Shown here: positions 15,101-27,100 of the stretch, in pieces
How positions within the stretch are numbered: the first letter of the stretch is position 1
Layout of the letters: each line of letters opens with the position of its first letter
Assembly: GCA_905178155.1 (NCBI GenBank)
Contig: CAJINV010000009.1
Coordinates: 2,767,373-2,831,372 of the forward strand
Reading direction: 5' to 3'
DNA length: 64,000 nucleotides
Source: Amoebophrya sp. A120
Taxonomy: Eukaryota > Protista > Dinoflagellata
Translations under genes and position numbers: made by a program
Notes under the pieces: model-generated
Database searches by the model: none
Told to the model about the DNA's origin: nothing
What the model saw: the letters and a program-made list of their open reading frames with translations, nothing else

Positions 15101-18100
15101 GAATTTTCATTGCGACGAAAAATCCCCCCTCCCCAGACCAAAGTGGGACGCTTTGTCATGCTGATTTGAGACCGCAAGTCGTCCCACCCTGTATTGCAAG
15201 AAGGTAAATCCAAAAACCCCGCCGCGTTCTCCATGCTGTATGGAGGATATGCCTGCCTTGCTCGGCGCCCACACCGAAACGCCCCTACTCCGGCTTTGTA
15301 TCTACTGCCTGCAGTCTTCTACTGCAAGACAAAGCCGATTTGTGTACACCAATCCCGCATCACAGATTTCCATTTCGATATATGAGGGGGGGTTTTATTT
15401 TGCCTTTTGATAATTCTCTTTCTGTCTTCAGACACGTCGACCTTAGGCGGCCTGTCCTCCAGCGCAGCTCGTGCTCCTGTCGCAGCGCCCGGCTCCGCCT
15501 CGGGAAAAGTGTTGGCCAGGTCACTAATATGAGAGTGCACAACCCTTCCTCTCCCTCATTTGCGAGGCAAAATGCAAAATCGTCCACGCGTTGGTCATAT
15601 TTGGCATCAAATGCATGACAAGTTCTCGATGCCCAAACCGCACTACAGTCCGTACGTGGATCATTTGTCATGCGACAGCCACATTTGAATTTGATGTGCC
15701 TTTTGCTACAGCTACTTGTGATGTTGACGGTTATGCTATACAAGTCAGGGTGAGGGGGCGGTGGAGTTGTGCACTGTCATAGTCACGGTTGGGCTTCCAC
15801 ACCTCGTATTTGTAATGAAGCTGGTACCGAAACTTGTCGTCGGGTGGTAGTACCTGCACCCATATGGCGCTCTCAAACGTTACATTCTCAACTGTTACAT
15901 GATTTGTCATGCAAAATGACCATGACCCGCCAGACGATCGAGCTGCTGCGCATGACAAGAGGGCTAAACAGCACTATTAAATCTTCCGCGCGAAACCTGT
16001 AATGCAAGACGCGCAAGGTTCTCCCTCTCGCCTGTGCTAGTCTTGCGTTGCAAATTCATGGAACAGTTGAGAGTGTAACAGTTAAGAGAACGCCATAACC
16101 CAGAAACCTCCCTTGTACCACCGTGATGGGTCCGTGACGGGCTGCCCCGGAAAGCCCAGCATATTTTCAATCGTCTCCTTATGGAAGCGTCAGGATTGAA
16201 ATCGTCAAAGTTGAAATAGTTTGTGATGCATAAAGTGCAAGGCAGAAATTGCCTCTATTGCAGAGGACGCAAGGGATGCAGATTGTAAGCCTGTTGCGGG
16301 GTAGAAATTGAGGTATCCACAGAAAATTTCCCATCCCCATCCACAATCCGGTTTTTTTAATGAAAAAATCAATCAATTTTTCAAAAAAAAAATAAGGTGC
16401 GGAAGGTAACGGCTGGACTATGTGCATCATCATTCCGATAGCTAGCGACGTCTCCCGGAAGCAAATAGGTTTAGGTATTAAGTAGCTAGATCTTCCAAAC
16501 ACACATCAGATAAAGTCGGTCAATGCCAGCGACGCCAGAGCCTGGGCCTACCCCTCGGAGAACCACGCTGGCCCCATGTCGTAATACGGGCGGGCCTGTT
16601 TGTGTCAGAAAATTTCCCATCCACAAGCCGATTTTTCGGATTTGATGAACAATCCGAGACCATTTCATCTCCGGTCAACAGCAAAAAATCGCGAAAATTG
16701 AACAACATTTTGAAAATCAGCCAAAATGAGCGAAAAGCGGCACTTTTTGAAAGTGGATGGGAAATTTTCGTACGGTGCTACGGTGAATTGAAAAATCTCC
16801 CATCCACTCACTTCTCTCTAGAAATGAGTGGATGGGAGATCTTTCAATTCACCGTAGCACCGTACGAAAATTTCCCATCCGCAAAAAAATGGTAGCGAAA
16901 ATGCTCAAATTGTTCACCATCATTCAATTTTCAAAAATTTGTGGATGGGAAATTTTCGTACGGTGCTACGGTCAATTGAAAAATCTCCCATCCACTCATT
17001 TCTCTTTAGAAATGAGTGGATGGGAGATTTTTCAATTGACCGTAGCACCGTACGAAAATTTCCCATCCACGATTTTTGGGAACACGATTTTTTTTCGAAA
17101 GTTGCACAATTTTCAAATATTTTGAAGGCCCGAGCAAGAAAATTATCGAGAGTGTTCGAGAATTTTCGCCGCGAGCCTTCCGAGGCAAAATCTCAGCTTC
17201 ATTTGAAGCCGAGCCAGCACCTTATGCTGCCGAGCCAGCGTGGTTCTCCGAGGGGTAGGCCCAGACTCTGGCGTCGCTGGCACTGACCGACTTTATCTGA
17301 TGTGTGTTTGGAAGATCTAGCTATATACCTAAACCTATTTGCTTCCGGGAGACGTCGCTAGCTATCGGAATGATGATGCACATAGTCCAGCCGTTACCTT
17401 CCGCACCTTATTTTTTTTTTGAAAAATTGATTGATTTTTTCATTAAAAAAACCGGATTGTGGATGGGGATGGGAAATTTTCTGTGGATATGAGGTGCTAA
17501 GGTAGCATAACAAAAGACGTCCTCCTTACCCAAACAGCATTACAAACGGGATTTCAGTCCTACCCAAATTTGTCATGCGTCACTTGAAAACTAGGCGCCA
17601 ACTGGTATCCGTTTTATGCACCACAAATTATTTCAATTCTGACGATTTCGATCCTGACACCCCCATACTCCTGGCTGGGAGGCACCGTCTGTCCGAGGCC
17701 GAGCTGCGCGGGCCTCCTGATTTGTTGGTTGTCCATCGCTATCGAGTGCAAAAATATCTGGGTCTGGATCTGGAAGAGTCCGAACGTGTGATGCTGCATT
17801 TGGATTCCCAAAAAGTCTGTATTGCATGAGCAGCAAAGGGAATGCAATCTTTGCTGAGCGGAAAGGGCATTTGTCATGCGGAATAGGCATCAAGATGCCC
17901 TCACAAAATCTGTGACGCTAGGGCATGCATCACAGACATCCTGGGTCACGCAAAACGTGCACGACAAGTCTCAGAATCTTCCAGACCCAGATGACATATT
18001 TGCATTTGATAATCGCCCCGGAATACGGATCGATAGCCTCGCCGTCCATATCCTTGCGGGTCAGGGGATAATCGAGGTAAAGCCCGTCCTTCTCTTCTCG

Positions 18101-21100
18101 CGGCGGCTTGAAGGGCGCAAAGCGTGCCAGGTTGTGCATTTTCTCGTCGTGCAGAGTATGGCGTTCTCAAATGTTACATTCTCAGCTGTTACATGGATTT
18201 GTCATGCAAAATGACCATGAGCCACCAGACAATGACGCTGCTTCGCATGACAAATGATTCTCGGAGGGCTAAATAGCACTAGAATCTGCACCAAATCTGT
18301 AATGCAAGACGCGCAAGACTCTCCCTTTGACCTGTGCTATTCCTGCATTACAGATGCATGTAACAGTTGAGAATGTAACGTTTGAGAGTTCCATACAGAG
18401 TCCGCGGGTCGTAGAGGGGCGGGAACCCCTTTTCCCCCGGAAGAAGGGGAGAAACGTATTGCACTGAAAAATGCCCCCATCCCCAAAGTTGCAGTAAGTT
18501 GCGATGCGAAGTTTCCAAATGAAAACTTTTTGTCATGCAGGAAAGAAGTACGAATCTTTCTGATGCATCGCTTGCATGACAGGCGCCGCGCTTGCTGAGA
18601 CATTTATTTGGAATGCAAATTTTTGCTACTCACGATGAAAAATCATCTGTGACGCTGATAGATGCATTAGGGCGAATGTTTCACAAGGAAAGGCAAAGGT
18701 TTGCACAATACAAATAATCCCAAGTAATTCTGCGGCGGGGGCATAATTTTTCATTGTAATAAAACGCCGGGCGGGTAGCTGTCGGGCGGTAGATAGGGGC
18801 TCAATGGCGTATCGGGATGAGCGATTCCGTCCGGCCCCGGTATGGCGTTCTCAAACGTTACACTCTCAACTGTTACATGATTTGTGATGCAAGAATGGCA
18901 ACAGGGAAAGGCCGGATCTTGCAACTCTTGCATTACAAATTCGGCACAGATTCCCATGCTGTTTAGCCCTTCCAAAATTTGTCATGCGAGGTAGCTTCAC
19001 TGTGTGGACGTTAATGCTCATTCTGCATGACAAACCATGTAACAGTTGAGAATGTAACAGTTGAGAACGCCATACCCGGGGGGGCGCCCCTGTAGAGGTC
19101 GGTCGCGGCACCCGGACCGGTGTTCCTGAGGTCTGGGGGTTGGTCTATCCTGACTAAAAACGTCTTCGCGCCAGAGAGAGTTGTGGCCATGCAAATTTGC
19201 ATGCCCAATAAATTGTGTCTCATGCGTAGGCCCCACGAGGAGCATCTTCTCATGCTGTCTGGGGCTTTGTCGTGCTCTAATCAGGATGAGGGGCTAGATT
19301 CGTAATGTAGCTTTGCTTTTGCTAGTACCCAAGCACGATTATAATACAGACGCAAACTTGTCATGCGCAACAGCCAAAACTTGAACTTCTCCATTTGTGT
19401 TCGCAAAATTCCCATCTTGGCTCTGTCTCTGGCATGGAGACATTTTTCCTCAGGATATGGTCAACATTTCCTGGCCGCTCAACTTTCCGAGGGTCGCCGT
19501 AGAGTGGATGGAGAAGCCCCTTTCTATCTCAACTGCAAACATGTCTGGGTCTGGAAGAGTCTAAACTTGTCATGCAGATTTTCCATGACGCATGAGGTCT
19601 GGAATGCGAGACCTAGCATGACATAATGTCATGCCTATCCTGCATGAGAAACTCCCTGCTCCCAACTCGGTCGAAAGTGGACAGCTTTTGATGCTCATGC
19701 AACATCACAGATTTTCGCATGATTCGAATGTAGCACGACAAGTTGCAATGTAATCTTCCAGAGGACCCAGAAGACATAGTTGCAATCCATATTTTGCGGG
19801 GCTGCTGGGGTGGACGAGGCGCGTCTTGTGGTAGAGGATCGACATTTTCACGTTCTAGCGTATGGAGGGATTCTCAACTGTTACAACATTCTCAACTGAT
19901 GTTACATGAATTTTCTGTGTGGGGACGCAAGAGTGGCAAAAGAGAAAGAAACGAAGGAGCCTCCGACCTCCGCATCACAAATTCAGGACAGACAATTTGC
20001 ATGCTGTTAGTTTAGAAGGCCGGCGAGATGAATTACTATACATTATATTCATGCGAAAAAAGAGGTAGACAGAGGGTCCCAGAGAGGTGGCCGAGAGGTA
20101 AAAAAGAGGTCGACAGAGGTAGAAAAGAGGTCGACAGAGGTGGAGAGGTGGCGCGGGACCCCGTTCGAGAGGGTCCGCGAGAGGGTGCGCGAATAAGGCC
20201 CGCAGTAAGCGCCCACCCTTAGGCGCCGCCTAAGTGGCACAGAGGGTGCAGAGAGGTCAAAAAGAGGGGGCGCGAGAGGTCGACAGAGGTGGAGAGAGGT
20301 GTTGCGAATAAGGGGCGACCTCTCGCGGACCCTCTTGGCCACCTCTCGGCCACCTCTGTCGACCTCTACCCGCGAGTATAGCCGGATTATTAGCAGGGAC
20401 CCCCAAAAGAGGTCAAAAAGAGGGCCTGCGAGAGGTCTGCGAGAGGGTAAAAGCACAAAGAAGCGGGCGCGAATCCGCATGGTAGTGCCCATATTTGGCA
20501 TTGCAGGCCATTCGCGGACTTGTTTTGTTCGGCGCCTTTCCGTGCCACCCTCTCGCGCACCCTCTCGCGCCACCCTCTCGCGCCACCCTCTCGCGCACCC
20601 TCTCGCGCCACCCTCCCGCGCCACCCTCTCCCGCCATGCGGCTTCTGTTCGCCCCCGGCGTTTTTTGCAGCTGCTCCCTGCGCAGAGCGCCCACAGGCGC
20701 GGGAAGCGCGCAAGTGGTCCTGCGGCTTGGCGCGGCGCAAATCGGCGGCAGGAATCCAGTACGTTTCGTTGTCCCTACTAGGCCCGTGGGGTTGTGGTCC
20801 GAGCGGCAAACAGCCTTGCCCCGGCCCAACAGCCTTGCGCTCCGGCGGCAGCCGGAGCATGGCTGGTTTCTTGTCATGCGAACAAGTGGCTTGATCGTGA
20901 TAGATGTCAACTCAATACAATCCATCGACTGCGATGGTACTAAGTGAAAATGTGCATCACAAATTCATGACACAGTTGAGAGCGTGACGGTTGAGAACGC
21001 CATATAGCGGTTCTGGCCCACGACCGTCTCCACCTCCACCAAAGAGGCCACCAATTGTGTATCTCGGCGACCCATACTTGTCGCTTCCTGACTACCAAAT

Positions 21101-24100
21101 GCAAAAATGTCTGGGTCTGGAAGAATGCAAACTTCTCATGCATATTTTCCATGCCCCATGAGGTTCGGAATGCAGGACCTAACATGACAGAGTCTGTGAG
21201 ATCTCTGTCATGCCTATCCTGCATGAGAAACTCCCTCCCAGCTTGGTCGAAAGAAAGAGGACAGCTTTCGGCTGCAGCCATGCAACACAGATTTTTGCCT
21301 GATTTGATTTTAGCACGACAAGTTCCAATCTTCCAGACCCAGACATTTTTGCCATTCATACTGACGCTTTCGCAGCTGGTCCTCCAGGTTCCGGCGCGAC
21401 CGTCAGACCAAAGCTGCCCCACATCGAAGCATCCTGAGAATCGCCATCGTCGTAACCTTCAGGAAAACCTGCTTCGTGGTCATCTGCACGGCCTTCGCAG
21501 AATGCACGCAGAAATTCGCCATATTTGGAGAAGTGGGTCGCGTCCTCCGTAGCTCCTGCTGCTTTCGAGGAGGAAGCACTCTCACTAGCAGCTGAGACCT
21601 TGACCTGCTGCAGCAGCCCGAGCAGGTAAAACCCAGCTTCGAAAGGCGAGAACATCTCAAGAAGGATATCTTTATTATGCCGCCCCCCGGCAATATCCCA
21701 CGAAAAAAGTGTTTTACAGTTACACATTTGTTGTAGTGAATTCAGCAACACAAATTTCTCAGCATGTCATGCTTACCCATCAGCATGTCATGCTTAGGAT
21801 TTTTGCATTACGAGTTTTCTCTCTCATGATGTAATGCAAAAATCCAACGGGAAAACACCTCCCATGAAACGAGGCTCCTACGCATATCCGGCATGTTGAC
21901 CGGGCTTGTCTGTGGTCTTGCTTGGCCTGCAACACAATGTTCATAGTGTAACACTTTTTTCTTGTGATAGGCAAGGTGCGTGGACGGCAACGCGAAATTC
22001 TTGTGCACGCGCGGCACGTCCGAGAGAAATATGGATTGCAAAAGTATCGTACTCGTATAAATGCATTACAAATTTCCTCAGCGTCAGCATGAGAAATAAA
22101 ATTTGTAATGCGGATTTAGCTTCAGAACAAAATTTGTAATGCATGTTTGCAATTACTACGAGTACGATACTTTTGCAGTTCATAAGAAACTGGTACTCTT
22201 GACGTTGAGGCTCGCGCATGTCCATGTCCCCCAGTTGCCCCACGCGCGCGGCCACTTTCGCGCCATCCTGGTCGGTAATGACCTTCAGCGGCAAAATGAT
22301 CGAGCCGGGCGGCAGCTCATGACGCGCAGGGTCGGGTGGGGTGATGCGGTTCGTAGGGTCTTCGGTTCCCTTACTAGGCGTGCACGTTTTGTACCACTTA
22401 CCTATCATGGGTCCATTTTTATCCTTCGCGGGGAATCCACCTTCAGCATTCGTCTATGCATTGCAAAAGTATCGTACTAGTATAAATCGCATGACAAATT
22501 TGCTCAGCATGAGAAATGAAATTTGTCATGCTGTTTTACCTTGGAAAGGAGATTTGTAATGCATGATTGCAATTACTACGAGTACGATACTTTTGCACAG
22601 GATATCGTCATCACCTCATCGATCTCTTTATCCTTTAGTATTGAAAGGAAAAATCCCCCCTCCCCACATTGAAAAGGCACGACCTCGAAAATTTGTGTTG
22701 CTGATTTGAGGTCACAAATCATTTTTGTCTTGCAAGAAGACAAGGGCAGGAACTTTAGCCCCATTCTGGAAGCGGTTTGTGATGCTGTTGGGCCTAAAGG
22801 GGAGCCGTTTGCCATGCTAAACAACTAGACACATTATACGCCCCCATCTAGCCTGGAGATCTGTCCGCAGTGCCTCTCTGCAATACAGAGCTGATTTGTG
22901 TACGCAAATCCAGCATCAGAAACTTCCTTTTGATATTGGGAGGGGGGATTTTTCCTTTTGATATTTAGCCGCATCCTGTTGCAGGGAATTCCCTCGCCTT
23001 CTGCTTCGACTAAGTCATTATCCTGAGCAAAAGCATTGCACTCGTACTAATTGCAATAAATATGCAAATCTTCTTCCTAAGGCTAAGGTAAAACAGCACT
23101 ACTAATGAATTCCACTTTTCTTCTTCCTAATGCAATTTGTATTTGTACTAGTACGATGCTTTTGCAATGCCTAGTCGGCGGTCCAGGTTTCTTTCCATTC
23201 ACCCGACCCCGGCGGTGGCCTCTCCTCACACGCACACTTGGTCTTTGTCGTGTATTGTGAGGAAAAATCCCCCCTCTCCATACTGAAAAGGCATGCCCTT
23301 AAAAATTTGTGATGCTGATTTGTGACAACAAATCCTGTCTCTCTTGCAAGGGGGCAAATCAAAAGAATCCGCCGCCTTAATATGCAGGCGATTTGTAATG
23401 CTGTTACGGCTACATAGCAGGCCTCTGATATGCTAAGCACCTACGCCAAAACACTCCTGCACAGGCTTAGGCTTTGCCTGTAGTGCCTCACTGCAAGACA
23501 GATGTGATTTGTGTACACAAATCCCGCATCACAGATTTCCTTTTTGATATGGGGAGGGGGGATTTTTCCTTTTGATATCGTGTCCAGTTTGCACTTCGGG
23601 TCCTTCAAGTGGCAATCTCGGTGCAGCGTAAACGCATAAAGGAGCCAGGACATCGGCAGCGTCTCGCCAATTTTAGCCGGCTCACGAGCAGCGTCGCTGG
23701 TGTCGGGCCCGGTAACACTGGGATAGGTTAGAAACCCGTTGTTGTGGTGTATGAATTGCAAAAGCATCCTACTAGTAGTATGTAATCGCATTACAAATTT
23801 GCTCAGCATGACAAATGGAATTTCTCATCCTGATTTACCTTGAGAAAGAGTAGATTTGTCATGCATAGTTGCGATTACCACGAGTACGATATTTTTGCAA
23901 TTCATATGGTGCTTCCACCACCGATGCTTCCACCAGGAGGCGACGTGCCGCTTATCAAATGCAAAAGTGTCTGGGTCTGGAAACTTGTGATGCTGGGTGG
24001 CGTCTCATGATGAGGCTGCAAATGCTGGCTCAGCATGACAAGTTTCTGAGCTCCTGTCCTAGGTGTTGCCTATTCTGCATGACAAACTGCGCGTCTGCAT

Positions 24101-27100
24101 CACAGAAAAACGGAGCTCTTGGGTAACGTGAATGACAGATTTAAGAGTCATGCCAGACAAGCATGACAAACGTGAATTCTTCCAGACCCAGACATTTTTA
24201 CAGTTGATACCGCTGGTAGTTCACCCACTGGTAGATCCAGAGCTGCGTGGACACACGCTCCTCGCTGTCGTGCTGCGTGGTATGCATTGCAAATATCCCT
24301 GGATGTCTGAGAACCTGTGATGCAAGGAAGGGAATAGTGAGCACACTGTAATGCGCTGCGCAGCATGGCAAGTTTTTCCGAGGTTCTGAGTTGCGTACTC
24401 CGCATGAGGAACTGCGTTTTTGCATGACAGGCAAGCGGAGCTCTTCGCGGCCACGCAGTACAGAGTTCAGAGTCATGCCAGACTAGCATGACAAATCTCG
24501 CAATCTCCCTCACCCAGACATATTTGCATTTCCATTTGATACGTGGTCGCGAGGTGCCAATCGTCCGCGTATCCTATGTAAAAACTACCAGGCCCACGCC
24601 CCATAGTCATCAAGATGGGAAATCTGCTAGACAAATCAGCCAACTTTGCCTTTGGTCGTTGCCACGCATGATGACAAGTTTGGCCTCGTAGCGTATGCGT
24701 GATCCTATGTAGCTAAGTAGCTCCAGAAGCATCACAGATCTAGCAGATCATGCTGATTCGAGCATCACAAATTCCAAAACACAAGTAGAAAATGCTTCAT
24801 CTCATGGGGCTCCGCATGAGAAACATTGTTAATACCATGCAGATTTGCATGACAACCATGGGCGGGTGTGGGCCCCGCTTTTCGACAGGATACCGAGGCA
24901 AAAATCACCATGCGGGCCAAGGTATCCTGTGCAAAAGTATCGGACTCGTACAAATGCAACTCCAGCATTACAAGTCTTCTTTCCAAAGGAAATCTGCATT
25001 ACAAATTTTTCTCATGCTGACGAAGTTTGTAATGCAGCTATACGAGTACGATACAACTTTTGCAATGCAAACAAGGGATTCCACTCCAGGCCCCGCGCTG
25101 CAAACCCATCCACGCCACACATCGTGGTCAGCGGCGGACACATCTGGGCGACCTTCTTCTCCGCAGGAGCGTCTTTTTCTCCCTTTGGGGCTTGGTAACG
25201 AGTTCTCTGGCAAATCTCTGTCACCGGAACCACCAAGCCAAGGTGGTTCTTCCTGTTCGCAGCTGCACCCCCGCCTCCCTTGTTCGCGCCCGAGCTGGTC
25301 CCAAACAAAAACCTGTCCCAATCCCTATGAACTGCTCAAACGTTACAATCTCAAGCGTTACAATACATAGAATCTGGGATTTGTCTTGCAATATGAGCAC
25401 GACAGACTCACAGACCATTTCACTTTCTGCAACACAAATTTCGGCAGATTCTAGTGCGGTTTGGGACTCCGGGACTTGTCATGCGCAGTCCTATGAGACT
25501 TGGCTAGCTCATGCACTTCTTGCATCACAGATTTCCAAATTTCCAAATTCTATTGTAACGTTTGAGATTGTAACGCTTGAGCAGGTCATAATCCCGGAGT
25601 ATAGAAAGAAAAAAGTTTGTCACAGTCATTAACTTGGAGATTTAGCATTACAAATTTTTTTAGCATCACAACTTTTCCTTGTCTTGCAGAAACACTAAGG
25701 CAAATCTCCTATGAAGTGTGGCTGTGATGCATTTTTACGCATGACAGGCATTTTTTGTATTGCAAAAATGCCCATGAGTGATCGTGACGAACTTTTTTCT
25801 TCTGATACGGAGCGAAGATTTTGCATTGGTGTACAGCCCTTTCATATGCAAGAAAAAAACTGTGTAAGTGTAAATCTGTAATGCAGAACACGCAACAGAG
25901 TTACACTTGTCATGCCAGATAGCCATGAAGTTCTCTTTTCATGTGTGTTTTCCCTTACAAGCCACGCATGACAGGCTTCCTCTGTCATGTAGAGCAAATT
26001 TGTGATGCTGTTCCTCAAAGAAAGTTACACTTACACGCTTTTTTTCCTGGATATTTCATATCGTACGAAAAAAGCGCTTCAGTGTAAGGATTTTGCAAGT
26101 TTTGCATCACAAGTTTGTTCTACATCACAGAGAAAATTTGCCATGCGACATCATTCCTAGGGGAAAACACAGCTAAAAATTTAGTGTCTTGCATGTGTAG
26201 CAAGACAAACACTTCTCAGTAGATGCAGTTTCTGCATTACAAGTTTACATTGAAACAGTTTTTTCTTGCGATATTTCATCGGTGCCAACCCAAGTTGTCC
26301 GGCGAACTGGCTTCGCCACCCGTTATCCTGTGCAAAAGTATCGCACTCGTATAAATGCAAGTCTTGTATTACAAATCTTGCTTTTAACGCAAATCCGCAT
26401 GACAAATTTTATCTCTCATGCTGAGGAAATTTGTAATGCATTTAAACGAGTACGATACTTTTGCAGTTCATATCCGTGTTTGTGGCCCCACTCCGCTTTC
26501 AGAAAGGTCAGCACTCGTTCTGCGTTGACCAGGCGACCGGGTTCTTCGGCCGATCCGTCGAGAAAAAAATCGCTAGGTGTATTACAATGAAAAAAGCCCC
26601 CAACCCGAAATTTGAATAGCTTCTCATGCGTAAGAATTTCAGACGAAGAGCTTTTTATCTATGCATGAAAGCCTGCCGAGTCTTCCTGGTGCAGAACCTA
26701 GACTGCGCAAGGGATAATCTTTTGCATAAACAGACCCGGCTGCTGGCGTTGGGCTCCTTTGCAATACAGACGCGCGCTTTGGCTAATCAGCATGGAAAAT
26801 CAAAATTTGTGATGCTGATACTTATTATATCTATGCAAGACCGAGAAGGTTTTGGTTTCCATTGGAAAGGTTCGGAACTACAAGAATACAAATGCTGCCA
26901 AATTCTGGCGGGGCGGTCGCATTTTTCATTGTAGTAGGGCGCGCCGCCAGGCCACCACTTTACCCAGGCCTCCGCGATTTGCTTCTGATTTTCTTCGGCG
27001 GGGGGCATCACGTCGCTTTTGCTCGGGATCCCATCTTTTTCTACAAATCCTACAAGGTTTTGAGCGATATGACACCCTCAGAATGGAAATCCTCAAAGTG

